This document shows, piece after piece, positions 24,221 through 37,430 of a DNA stretch of 64,000 bases. Position 1 is the first letter of the stretch; each line of letters begins with the position of its first letter. The notes below the pieces were generated by a model. The model was not told the origin of the DNA. It searched no databases and saw only the letters and a list, made by a program, of their open reading frames with translations. Location: assembly GCF_001194135.2 (NCBI RefSeq), contig NC_068995.1:2744477-2808476 (forward strand), read 5' to 3'. This DNA comes from Octopus bimaculoides. Its lineage: Eukaryota. Position numbers and translations under genes: made by a program.

Positions 24221-24442
24221 CAGGATGTCTATAAATTTTCTTTGCAATTTCAAAAATTCAGAAAAGAATATGTTAGGATGACTCAGCAGAGTTTCTTGAA
24301 AAAAACAGAGGCAAAGAAATAAAAGTTTTATTAAAAACATCAGAACACGTCCATGTGAACTCCATTGGTCGCACACAACCTGCTGAGTTAACCTAATATT
24401 TTTCTGAATTTTTCTAATTGTGAAGGTAATTTATGGACACTG
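24221..24442. mobile_element. About 220-bp Tc1-type MITE with about 70-bp imperfect TIRs
   Basis: caggatgtctataaatt..caatttcaaaaattcagaaaa..ttagg..actcagcag versus the reverse complement of the right end cagtgtccataaatt..caattagaaaaattcagaaaa..ttagg..actcagcag. Confidence 0.75.
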
Positions 24443-25629
24443 TGTGTGTGTGTCATTTTAATACTCACTTTTCCATTGTTTGCTTAGGTCAGACTGAGTC
24501 TACTGACACAGATTTTCTATAGCCAAATGCCCTTCCTGTTACCAAGTGAGGTATTATTTCCCCATAGCTGGATATGTTTTCACACACACACACACACTGG
24601 GCTTCTTTCAGTTTCCATCGGCCAAATCCCCTCACAAGGTATTGGTCAGCCCAGAGCTAGAGTAAAAGACACTCGTGCAAGGTGTCATAAGTGGAGGGGC
24701 TGAACCTGAAACCATGTGGCCCAGAATATGTATGTGCCAATATATGTATGAGAGAGGGAAGGAGGGTGTGTGAGAGAGAGAGAGAGAGAGAGGGAGGGTG
24801 AGAGAGAGAGAGTTTATAGATTTACAAGGGAGGAGATGTTACCTATGACAGGTTAGCATCCAGCCCTGTGGCAAATTCATTCCTCATCTCCATAATACAA
24901 AAATTGGAGCTAAATCTCATTTTAGTCAGCCCTTGTGGTTTATAAAGACATCTCCCCTAGTTATTTAGAAAATAGGAGACAAATTTGTCCCTTCAAGATT
25001 CACCGATGCCAATGTGAGACTTGGAGTCCCTTCAAGACCCAAAGTTGCTTTCCCTGACAACAGAGCAGCATTTAGATCACTTCACTGGTTAGTGATAAGA
25101 TAACTGATAACGTAAAGGAGATGCTAAAGTGGTAGACAGATGCAAGGAATAGCTAAAGGTTGGGGGCTAATATGGGAGCTAGAGGATAAAACTGAAATGT
25201 CATCAATGGAGGAGATATTTTATCTTTAATTTATTCAGGCAAACAATTCCACCCTAAAACTGGTACATTAGGTGTTAGTGTTTCATTCCATGTTTGTGGG
25301 TTTGATGGATATAGGAAGCTATAGATGTGTAACTCTACTGATACAGTATAATGATAGAGTAACAATACTATGTGTAGAGAAGAATGAGAAATTACAGTAC
25401 AAATAACAACAATTAACAGAATAATTTTACGATATGTAGGGCTGTATGTGTATGTAGTCATACAGCCACATTTTAAATGGAAGTTTTGTTACTTCTCTGG
25501 TACCAAAGGTTTCCCTGCTGACAAAGCATTTTTCAAGCCAAGTTCTAAATATGAAAGACATCCCACACACAAATATTTATGTCATAGCATGAGAAGCAGA
25601 ATTGATTATCCTTATAAAAAAATCTCATC

Positions 25630-25962
25630 ACTATTTTACTTGCTTCAGTCATTGGACTGCAGCCATCCTGGAGCATCACTTTGTAAGCGGTGAAGAGAGG
25701 GACAAACACAAAGATACACACACACACGACAGGCTTCTTTCAGTTTCCTTCTATCATATCCACTCACAAGGCTTTGGTTGTCTGAGGCTATGGTAGAAGA
25801 CACTTGCCCAAGGTGCCACACAGTGGGACTGAACATGGACTGAACATGTGGTTGGGACACAAACCTCTTTTTCGATATTATTATTATTATTATTCAGGTC
25901 ACTGCCTGGAATCGAACTTAGAATCTTGGGGTTAGTAGCCCGCACTCTTAACCACTATGCCA
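25630..25962 (-). mobile_element. Chimeric SINE: family D head (25868-25962) joined to family A body
   Basis: The D head and (AAT)n-atcgaaaa run directly into tcccaaccacatg...ccttgggcaagtgtc of family A. Confidence 0.8.
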
Positions 25963-27006
25963 TTTATTTTGTGATAGTAAGGTGAAATCTGAGGGAGACT
26001 TAGCTACTATTTCTGACACACTGAGTTACCACTTAGAGACTCCTTTGTTATGCTATAGGGTTCTATATCCTCTTCCTCCAAATTAAAATTCCTTTCGATG
26101 CCAAATAGTTTTTTTGTTTCTATGGCAACAATCTACAATTGCTGCCAATATAAAGAGATAATTAGATAAATTATAAACCATCTTTCAAAAAAGTTATTTA
26201 AAATATATTTCTATGGTTTAGAATGCAATCCTTTCATCATCGTCACTTTATATCCATTGTTCTTGGTATATTTGGGTATTTGTACAAATTCTTGGAGCAG
26301 ATATTTTATAACATGAAGAAACCACAAGACAAGCATTATGATCAACATCAGCTAAAATTCTTTAAAATCTCTTGTTTTAACCGGAAGAAACCGGTTTAGA
26401 AATCAAAGAAACTCGTTTTCCCTAAGATTTAATTCTACTAAAGAAGTTTGGCATTGCTATAAGTGAGCAAATATTGGTTTCAAACTTTGGCACAAAGCCA
26501 GCAAGTTCAGGGGTGGGGGTGGGGGGCTATGTTGATTACATCGACTCCAGGGTTCAACTGGTACTTATTGTATTGATCCTGAAAGGGAAAATGAGTAAAG
26601 TCGACCCCCAGTGGAACTTGAACCCAGCGTGTGGCAACCTGCAGTTCAGCCCCACACACTCTCTAGCTGTTTATAATAGTCGTTTTCACTGCTTCTGCTC
26701 AAACCTTGGTATGTCGTTATAGTTGGTTGACTTAAATCTAATGTATATACTTTCTCCTGTCTTAGCAAGCTTAAGTACAGAGATTTTGTAATCAACTATT
26801 AATGAATGCTACAGAATTATTCTTTCAACTGTGTTGACTTGTTAACACTTTCTAATTCAAGACCAACCTGAAAATTACCAGTGCATTGAAATAAAACTCA
26901 CTATTAAATGTTTGCAAGGTGTTGTTACACCACATACATGCAGCTACAGTGTGCAAACACCTTTGTGACACAGTCCTTGACAGAGAATTAAAATAAGAAA
27001 ACTTAC

Positions 27007-27120
27007 TTCAGTGGAATAACTGGAGTCACTTTCCCCATCTTGAGGGTAAAGATGAACCCTTCAATAGCAATAAAAAGGAACTGACTGAATGTTATGATGT
27101 TGCCACTGCTGGGGACTTCA
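27007..27120 (-). CDS. SLC35B4: SLC35B4-like nucleotide-sugar transporter, internal exon (equivalent of coding exon 2, 114 nt)
   Basis: Minus strand tttcag|t GAA GTC CCC...CCA CTG AA|gtaagt; translates EVPSSGNIITFSQFLFIAIEGFIFTLKMGKVTPVIPLK, matching the SLC35B4 GNIVTFAQFLFIAVEGF motif as I recall it. Confidence 0.95.
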
Positions 27121-28798
27121 CTGAAATATAAACGATACAGAATCATAAGAGAAACACACGACATAATATAACAGAACATATGTTATTGGCGATATAGGAC
27201 TGGCAATAAAAATGTTAATATTAGAGAACATAATAATCAAACACAGTGAGGGTGCATGCCCCAGTGGTTAGGCTGTTGTACTCACAATCGCTAGATTGTG
27301 GGTTCGATATATATATATATACAAGCTTCTTTCAGTTTCCATCTACCAAATCCACTCACAAGACTTTGGTCAGCTCGAGGCTATAATAGAAGACACTTAC
27401 CCAAGGTGCCATGCAGTGAGACTGAACCCGGAATCATGTGGTTGGTAAGTAAGCTACTTACCACACAGCCACTCCTGTGCCTGTTATCAATTTTTACAAT
27501 AGAAAAATTCTACAATTTTGGAGTGTAACCCTAACAAGAAAAGCCAAATTCTTCAAAAAGTGATGGCAGTGGTAAGTGAAACTGTAAATATCAATTTGTG
27601 TTAGAGCAGAGGTGAGGAATTCTTTTTAGCACCTGGCAAAAATTGTTATTGCAACACACCTGTAGGAGTGCAATTGGATGGAGAAAAATAATGATTTTTA
27701 CAGATTTATAGAAACTGTAATTCACTACATCCACCCTTCAACCTGACCGTTACCACCATCCTCATCATTTAACATCTGTTGTCCATGCTGGCATGGGTTG
27801 GATGGATTGACAGAAGCTGACAAGGCCAGGGGCCACATAAAGTTCCCTTGTCAGTTCTGGCTTGGTTTGTACAGCTTGATGCCCTTCCTAGTGCCATCCG
27901 CTTTACAGAGTGTACTGGGCGATTTTCACCTTTTTACATGACACCGTCCCCAATGCTTTTTACGTGACACCATCACCAGTGCTTTTTGTGTGACACCAGT
28001 CATTCTTCTCTTCGGTTATTTCTGAACCTGCAACAGAGACATCTAACAAACTGAATAACCACAACAACATGAAGGAAATAGCAGGGGGTAAGGGATGGGG
28101 AGTATATCTTATATTCCCCATGTTTCATCATCATCACTATCATCATCATCATCATCATCGTATGTCTGCCTTTTCTTGCTGGTGCAGGATGGGCAGTTTT
28201 CTGCAAGACAACCAGATGCCTTTCCTATCACCAACCTTTCTGGTCACCTTTCACAGCACACAAACAAGGATGTATCATAGCTATACTAAAACTGAGATAA
28301 ACATAGTACAATATCTCACCAGGTTTAGCAAATGAAATTACAGTCCAGGCATAAACAGCTGTTGTATAGCACTATTTGATCAATAATACTACCAACATAA
28401 CGGTTTTAATAATATATTATAAGCAGTTAATAATAAGCATATGGAGTTAAAATAACATATTAACAAGTTCACAATAGTACGAATTAACTACTAAAATTTT
28501 AATGTAAATGATATCAAAGCCTATAAGAACCAATTTGGGAGAAGGAAGAGAAAGGAACTAGGTCCATTGATAGAGCACCAACGACCGAAATGAATAACAG
28601 TCTAGCTGTGTCCCACCAGCAGAGTTTGTTGTTCTTTTCTGTCTCACATTGGTATGTATAATATTTAATGTGTTGCTATTGTTTTGTGTTTATATCAAAT
28701 CCTTCCTATTTTACATGCAATTTTGTGCATTTTTTGTGATGTTTATTAAATTATTGAAATAGTTAAAAGGAAGTCAATGATGAATAAATCATCAAAGC

Positions 28799-28829
<31 letters not shown>

Positions 28830-28833
<4 letters not shown>

Positions 28834-29325
28834 GTGAGAGAGCATTACATGCCATCAAAGTGACATTGGGGTACAAATATACAAAGCCCAACACATCCAT
28901 AATGACTACCTGTATGATCAGGGTACACCAGGCACATGCATCACAACTATATGTACACAACACGGTAACCTCCTTGCAGGTTGGAACCAGTTAGAATTCA
29001 CTTCAGATCAAATAGCCTGTCTCATTCGAAAGGTCTCTGAATAAGGGTTGTTTAAGGATGATGAACAAAACACCCATGCTTCCAGGGGTGAAATAGTCAA
29101 ACCCCACAGAGTCCCTCTCAACACATGGCTCTAATGCTATGCAACTACTGCTCGTGATCAGAGATGCACATATTGTCAGTTACTAAGGGACATGCTCAAC
29201 CCATTAAGATCAGACAACTGACAAGCAGATCTGTGGTACTGAGCAGAATATTTGCTATAGGCCAACTTTTACACCAAAGCAAATCATGTACATATTAACA
29301 CTTCCAATCAGTTAAGATCAGAAGC
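28830..29325. repeat. Unclassified interspersed repeat starting at a (TAA)n tract
   Basis: Sharp start after (aat)n-aacaag and sharp end at a poly-T; recognised from memory as a cephalopod repeat, no second copy in the window. Confidence 0.4.
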
Positions 29326-31124
29326 CTTTTTTTTTTTTTTTCTGCTAAAGGCACAAATTTCGAGGGAGGAAAATAGTTGGTTTTGTTGGCCTGAGCACTC
29401 AACTGGCACTTATTTCATCAACCCTGAAAGGATGAAAGGTGAAGTCGACCTTGGTAAAATGTGAACCTAGAACATAAAACTGGAAAAAATGACTGATGTG
29501 GTCATGATTCTGCCACCTTGCAATGTTAATAATAATAATAATAATAATAATGATTTCGAATTTTGGACAAGGCCAGCAAATTTGGGGGGAGGGGATAAGC
29601 TGATTTGAACAAAAGTACTTCCACTAAAAACTGCTGGCCCAAATAGATTAGTTTTCTAAAGAAACTGAAATCAAATTCACACTTCAACACCTGTCCTGAT
29701 AACAACTGAATTAGTTGTTCAGTTACTTAGAAACACTCTGCAGGTCAAATGTGATTTTGTGCTGGTCTACCACACACTCAACAATCCACCTATTCAATGG
29801 ATGATTGAATGGAGTGAAGTGTAGCAACCAAGGTATGCTGCTTCTATCTTACACTGCTAAATCTGTTAATATACAATTAAAGGCTCTGATAATACCAAGG
29901 CAGTAGAAAGGGTAAGGTAGATTTGATTTGGGTCTATCAAAGGGGACTAGAAACTCAGGTGTGGAGAGAATCGTATTGCAATTATTTTAATGCCATCGTT
30001 AGTATGCCAGGCAAAATGAGTAGTGGCATTTCATCTCTTAACAATCTGAGTTCAAATCCCGCCAAGGTTGACTTTGCCTTTCATCTTTCCAGGGATAATA
30101 AAATAAGTACCAGTTGAACACTGGCGATTGGGGGACGTATCTATTTTACCCCTCCCCTAAAATTACTGGCCTTGTGCCAAAATTTGAAACTAGTTACTTT
30201 GATGTCATCTCAAGTTTTGCGTTCTTATTTTTATTCTAGTTCAAGCCTTTGTGCATTGTGGCCATGCTGCAGTAGCATATCGCCTTACACGTGTCTGTAT
30301 CAGACACAGGACATAATAATTAGACGTCCTGATTGACCGTCTCTCTCAGGTAGCTGTCTATAGATTCAGACTTGCAATACCTGTAGCTTTATATGAACTT
30401 TATAAAAATTTAAAAAACTACATATTCATCACAAAAATATCTTTTACACTAATTCAACTTCATGGTTTCTGGCTAACCCCTCAACTTTGTCTAATTTGAT
30501 TATTACAGTCTAATTAGTAAGACTATTATTAGCCCAGATCACAGATATCCTATTACACTTCATCCAGAGTACTTTAAGCTACATCTAACCAAAGTTGGAA
30601 TTCAAGAAGGGCAAGTACTGACTTTATATACATACCAACATCTGTGAATCCATGTGGAGTGTAAGCATAGCAATACAACAGGGCTTTTGACAGAAGTAAT
30701 AGCTTAATGGTGCATGTTGTCTTGTTCAATTATGCCATATTACATACACACACACACACACATACATATTTGTGTGTCAAACTAAAAGATATTTCTTCTC
30801 TGATCCGGATCAGGCCCCTACTGAACACCCACTCTAATCTAATTAACGAACTATCAAAGGTGTCTCTGTCTAGTTGCTCGACATGCTAGAAATAGCAACC
30901 AAATTTACCTCAAATCGCACCTGCCGTTTTAAAACACATATAGTATAGTTCTGGGTCGCCTGCATATAGGAAAAGGTGGGGTGGTCACGGCTAGAATGCC
31001 TTTGACTCCCTCCCACCAGGTTTACTAGATCAGGGGTTAACGACTAGAGCAACTACAAAAACTGAACAGGTAAAGTACATTTGGTTGAGGCCCCCCCGAC
31101 CGCCCGCCCGTCATGCATACTTCC

Positions 31125-31224
31125 NNNNNNNNNNNNNNNNNNNNNNNNNNNNNNNNNNNNNNNNNNNNNNNNNNNNNNNNNNNNNNNNNNNNNNNNNNNN
31201 NNNNNNNNNNNNNNNNNNNNNNNN
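31125..31224. other. Assembly gap (100 N); other gaps at 17490-17596, 32505-32657, 42401-42488, 59466-59475, 61976-62092
   Basis: Runs of n, most abutting microsatellites or homopolymers. Confidence 1.
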
Positions 31225-32434
31225 TGTATATATGTATGTATATATGTATGTATATATATATGTATGTATGTGTACGTATACATATATGTGTGTACGTATA
31301 TGTGTGCTTGTGGCGATAACAATGCTCTATTTCCGAATCAATGGAACTACCTTTTGCTTAAATCTCTGGAATCGGTCATGTTACCATTGTGCCGTGAATG
31401 TGTCGGCAGTATCGTGTCAGAAGACTGTGATGGAATTAAATAAGAACGGTAAATTCCAAGATAATAATAATTTCTTGTTTCTCTCTCAATCATCAGTTTT
31501 TCGGTTTTCGCAAGAAATATTTGGTCTCTTCTCTTTTAAAGGAAATTCCAAGACGAAGAAGGGGAAAAAAAAACCCAAATAATTTTAATTATTTATATCG
31601 TATTTCTCACATAAATATATTCTAATTTTTTTCCTTCTATCCGATCTGACCGTTCTGTTATTTGTCTGGATGCCACTTTTTAAATTTATTTTTAGATCAT
31701 GTATACATACAGTTAATGTGTGTATATATTGAAAATAAGGTACATATACATGTGCTTGTCTTATATTTAAAAGACTGAGAAAAATGTTTATATATATGTG
31801 TGTGTGTATACATACATACATGAATATTCACTATCTTTCTGTTTTGTTTTTCAATGTATATATGTACACACACATAATAGCATAAAAAAAGATGTAGAAC
31901 AATTTCTGTGTATATTCACATGAGCATATAGTTAAAATTCAGTCTTTGTTAGTATTATGTGTGTATATATTTAACCAACTGTTACGTTATATCTCTGAAC
32001 AGATAAATATTCAACACCCACGCTGACTACTTTCTCTAGATGAATGCACAAACATATACACACTCACTTATGTACACACGCACACACACACACGAGATTG
32101 TATTGAAAACTATTTACAGTGATTTTCCTACTAGTTTAATTAAAATTGATGCATTCGTTAGTTTTTACATTTCTGCTCAGTTCTAGTCTCAGATAATTTA
32201 CACTGAATGGTAATCTCCACCATAGGGGATGGTATGTGTGTGTGTGTGTGTATGTATGTATATGGCAAAAACATTCCATCTGGTATTCTACACCTCAGTT
32301 TATCTTTATATTTTACATACGTGTTTGTTTTATTCGTGTTGGTGTTTAAGGTCCCTTTTGTGGTAGGGGCCAGAGTTTGTGAGTGGAGTACTATGACCCG
32401 GGTGAGTTTGCTTCTGTAATAAACACACACACTC

Positions 32435-32495
<61 letters not shown>

Positions 32496-32659
32496 CATAT
32501 ATATNNNNNNNNNNNNNNNNNNNNNNNNNNNNNNNNNNNNNNNNNNNNNNNNNNNNNNNNNNNNNNNNNNNNNNNNNNNNNNNNNNNNNNNNNNNNNNNN
32601 NNNNNNNNNNNNNNNNNNNNNNNNNNNNNNNNNNNNNNNNNNNNNNNNNNNNNNNNNCT

Positions 32660-33300
32660 AAAAAGGCCCTTGTCGGCCGAGTATATTTTGCAGGAGAGAA
32701 CCTTCTTTGGTTTAGGTGAGGTCTGCAAAAAAAACCTTGACATCTCTGGTATGTCCTGCCAAAACCGACGCATACTCACACTTGCGAGTTTTATTTTAAT
32801 TCCATCCTCTAAATATAGACATACCGGACGTTTTCCGACACATTGTCAATCCCTTTCATTTATATCTTAAATTTCGATGTTGTTTATCGACCATTCGAAC
32901 ATCTTATCAAGAGCTTTACTTATCCTGCTAACCTGTGATAAGCACTGACGCCATGTGCGCACACTTTTATTTATCGATGTTCTTCAGTTCAGGTAACATT
33001 CAAACTCTTTGTGACGGGGAAATTAGAGACACAATCCCTTTTTTAAATCTTCGAAACCCGTCTCTTATCTTTCTCTTTAAGGTCATATATATTGATTCGC
33101 AGCAAAATGGCAATATTTTAGCTTTTTCACGTTAATAGTCGTATGAAGTCATGGCTTTTTATATTTATCTACTCTACACTATTGTCGTTGTTTCTATATT
33201 ATATTTAATGAGAAGAACGATTGTCGGCAGAACGTTGTGTTTGTCCCTCTACGGTGTCCTGTAAATGTCTGTCTAACTGTTGATCTAAAGACATTCTTCA
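32660..33300. promoter_or_regulatory. Candidate promoter/5' region (CpG-retaining, repeat-free island)
   Basis: Visibly more CG dinucleotides than the surroundings, TATCGAT half-DRE near 32972, minus-strand donor-like sites at 32780 and 32932; upstream of the SLC35B4 exons. Confidence 0.35.
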
Positions 33301-33556
33301 CTTTGCAGTTAAAAGTGTGATAGAGCGAAGAGGAGCAGCTGTATATGTGCAGCTATTACAGTGAGCTGTGTAGGAGGTTTAGCTGTTGTAATGGTAATAA
33401 ATGGCTAGCAAGGAATATCCAAGATGGGGGATGTTACAGACTGTTTAGTGTGGGTGGTTGGTAGGGGTATGTAGTGGGAACGGACGTGGAACTGATATGG
33501 TTGTAGTTAGAGAAAACAAAAGCGATACGTCACTGTCAGGTGTATGAGTCTATTCG

Positions 33557-33945
33557 GGGTGTCCTAATTGTATTTTATTGTGTAACCAGGGTGTCTCGCT
33601 AATTAACTTGTACTCTACTTTGTATCTAAGATAACCGACTAATTAACTTGTAATTCATTGTGTATCCAGGGTGTCCAACCAATTAATTTAAATTTCATTC
33701 TGTAACCAGGGTGTGCTACTAACTTGTACTGTAATATGTTTCCAAGGTGTCCTATTTCGTATGCTATTCTTTTCTGGGTGTCCTAGTCTACTTTATTATC
33801 TATCCACGGTGCCTTGCCAATTATCTTGTACTCTAGTGTGTATCAAGGATTTCCTATTAACTTGTACTCTGTGTGTCTCCAAGGTGTCCTAACTCGTACT
33901 CTATTCAGGGTGTCCTATTAACATATCCAGTATGTCCTATTGTGC
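33557..33945. repeat. Degenerate minisatellite, unit about 30-42 nt (ccagggtgtcct..aattaacttgtactct..tgtgtat), about 11-12 copies
   Basis: Recurrent gggtgtcc/aacttgtactct motifs. Confidence 0.85.
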
Positions 33946-34722
33946 TCTTTTTATTTCTCACCATTTATTGTAAACCTATCAAACATGTCAGTTTATGAAA
34001 TCTTATTAGAGTTTATATTTATAACATTCAACATCCCCCTGTCTGAGGAGATAACTTTAGAGACCCTTTAAAGGGTCGAGTGTGATGCTGCTTGAGGCAT
34101 TCTGCTTTATAGATGTAGTCAGTATTTGAATATATTCTGCATAATCATCATCATTTGATGCCTGCCTTCGATGCTGGCTTGAGTTGGATGGTCCAAGGGA
34201 AACTGACAAGTCATAGGTCTGTGCTGAGCTCCAATGTCCACTTTGGCAACATTTCTGCAACTAGATGCCCATCCTAACATAAACCACTTTACAAAGTGTA
34301 CTGGGTGCTTTTATGGCACCAACACAAGGGAAGTCACCAAGTAACTTTCAAGACAAGACCCCTCAACTGAGTGGAGATGCAATATTATTGAGGGAGGTGG
34401 TTTTGTGTCAGGTGTTGAAAAGTTGAAGAATGATACAGGAACAGGTGTCTTGCAGTGGAGGGAAAGACATGACTACCCAAACTGGGAAGGGATAAAGAGT
34501 ATGGTGGTAATGAATTGTCAGGGTACATAAACAAGTTACAAGAAGGTGGCTATGAGAGAATAGGAACAGAATATCAGGAAGGGTGGATGGGTAAGTTCAC
34601 AAGAGTGTGAAAGGAGAATGACAGATGGTTAGAGATGGGGGAGATAGAAGTTAATGTAGTCAGTAATAATTATAGCCATTAATAACTTCTATAACTACCA
34701 ACACTATTAAAACTACTAATAT

Positions 34723-34933
34723 TTAACCATTTACCATTCAGATTGTTCTGTCAAATGTAATGCTTATTTGTTTGTATTGATATGAATTGATCATGCTCAT
34801 AGCTTTGAGATTTCAACGATGTGATTGTTTACTTTAGAATAACATTGTAGGGTAGATGTTAGAGGCTGGATCTGACCAGTTTGAACAGAAGATGTGAAGA
34901 ATATTTTCGCTGGATTAAATGCTAAAGGGTTAA
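34723..34933. mobile_element. piggyBac-like MITE (TTAA-bounded)
   Basis: ttaa|ccatttaccattca ... aatgctaaaggg|ttaa; siblings at 58370-58575 and 59690-59820. Confidence 0.75.
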
Positions 34934-35268
34934 AAGGAATTGTGTTGCTGTATATCTGTGTGAACTTATTTCTATTGCATTTTATTTTGTCTTGTTTTTT
35001 TCTCATTTTGTGAGTAGCCTCTAACTCACTGACTGTGATGTGGTCAATAGAACTGGGCCCTAAACACTCCATCATTTACCAGCAAACAGATTCACTCCTC
35101 TCTTCTATTACTACAACATCCTCTACTCTGAACTAACTAAACAACCCCTACCACTGAGGCCCACTTCTAGCACCTGTCTCTCCTTTCATCACTCTTCAAT
35201 GTATCTCATCTTCCAAGATCCTGTATAAACACTTTGATTAACACACATTTCCACAACAGCACCCCACC

Positions 35269-35369
35269 CATTAGCGTAGTGGTGGGGGAGGGGAGAAGGA
35301 GGTGGTCTGCTGTAGGCAAGATGTTTTTTGTGGGGTCCTGTGGCGGCACACACTCTAGCTACGCCAGTG
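35269..35369. mobile_element. About 100-bp hAT-like MITE, sibling of 13721-13837
   Basis: cattagcgtag / ctacgccagtg termini; flanks accccacc / cccccatc (6 of 8). Confidence 0.55.
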
Positions 35370-37239
35370 CCCCCATCCCCACCCATCTGAAAACCCTCTC
35401 GGCTTTTTTTTTTTATGTTGCAGATATCAATCTGCACCAAAGGTTCCCAACCATTTTTTGCCTATTGACCCCTTTGATTCATACTTTACTGCACTGGACC
35501 CTAATAAACATTTGACATTTAGAACAGTTCCATCATATTTCTATAATTAAATATTATTAGGAACTATATAAAAATTAAAATATTTTGTATATTGTGGAAG
35601 TACAACCAATTTATTGCTCATAAATTTGAACTAAAGGGTCATGTTGACTCCCAACTGGGAATCACAGTTCTACACTGTCTAAACTGAACATTAACCACAT
35701 CTGTATCACCAGGCTGGGAGGACAGTCTGTAAAGATCATTGACATTGCCTCCCTCCCTCCTCCTCCTCTTCTAATTTATCAAAATTATTTATAGTTGGTT
35801 ATTAATTATTACTCATTAGTACACGATACTTTCTGAGAGTTCAGTCAGGCAAATAATTGGCTGGATTAAGATCTGTGGTGCCTAATTTTCCAATCTTCTA
35901 TCTTTTACTTGTTTCAGTCTTTTGACTGCGGCCATACTGGAGCACTGCCTTGAAGAATTTTAGTTGAACGAATCGACCCCAGTACTTTTTTTTTTGTAAA
36001 GCCTGTTACTTATTCTATCTGGCAAAAAAGAAAAAAAAACATAGGATAGTGTCATCTTAGATGTGATGTCTAAAAAAAATCAGAATGGTCATCTGTTAAA
36101 TGATGATTTCAGCTTTTGTGAGACCTCCTTGTGCAATTTCTGTTTTTCCACAAGAGGCCTCCAAGTTCAGGGCCTCACCAAATCTAAATCGTATCAGTTT
36201 GCTCTACTTGTTGTTTAGCCCCAGGTTAGACCTGAATGTGGAGAGCTCTGACCAAAGGCATTTCAGCATTTACTAGTCTGTCCTTTATCAGTTATATAAG
36301 ACTACGTTATTTTTTTGAGCCCTTCCTTTTGTTTGCGGGGCGGGGGGGTGGATTAAAGAAAGGTATGATTTGGCTGCTATTTCTAGCAAGTCAACCCTGT
36401 AAGGTTTGCTTTTGTTAATGTGCAATTTGTAACGAGTTGATAAGTGTTTTGGCCCAAGTAGACAGACAACTTGGCACCTGTGGTCAAATAAGATCTCATG
36501 ATCTGGAAATCCACAGGTTGTCTCCATATTAACATTGTAGCAGCAGTAGTTCTACAGTAGTAGTATCAATTGTAGTTGTAAATAATGATTTCTAACCTTG
36601 GCACAGGGCCACACATTTACAGAAAAGGCAGGAATAATATTGAGAGTTCAATAACCAAACAGACTCACAGACAACAGTAGATCACAGTATCTTGTTGTTG
36701 TGAAGACCTGATCTTGTCTATAGACAACTACATGGCTATTGTTATTGTTCACACATAGCATCATGATGATGATGATGATGGTGGTGGTATAGAAGGCCTG
36801 TTGTTGATTGAGAAACAAATTGTTAGCCTCTGTGATCTTATACATTAGTAATGTTGAAATATGTAGAAGTGAGGTTATAACCAGCCCAGAATATGGGAGG
36901 ATGTGGGGTTTTGCTAGGGGGATAACAATAATATACAGAGCGCTTGGTGGGATAGCAACAATAATTGTCACATCATTAGTGGGATAATGATAACAATTGC
37001 AAATTTTTTCGGCACAAGGCCTACAATTTTGAGGGTGAGGGCCTAAGTCAATTACATTGACCCCAGTGTGTAAACTGGTACTTATTTTATCAACCCTGAA
37101 AGGATGAAAGGCAAAGCTGACCTCGGCAGAATTTGAATTCAGACTGTAAAGATGGACGAAATGCCACTAAGCAGTTTGCCTGGTGTGCTAACAATTCTGC
37201 CAGCTCACCACCTTAATAATAATAATAATAATAATAATA

Positions 37240-37430
37240 AGAGCACTCAGAGAGTGCAAACCTCCACCAAGGCAACACCAATGTCCTCTCAATGATTAGC
37301 CAGAGATGATTTTTAAAATGAGAATATCTGAAATAAACTCGACTACTCTCACAAACAAGAATATTAAAAATGAACCTAAGTGCTCTCGAAAATTAAGTAA
37401 AAGAACAAGAAAAATAATCCAGAATCCTTG
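37240..37430. mobile_element. Family F element (possible Helentron/HINE-like) inserted at (AAT)n
   Basis: aataagagcactcagagagtgcaaacctccaccaaggcaacacc shared with 22650-22800; class is inference. Confidence 0.55.
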
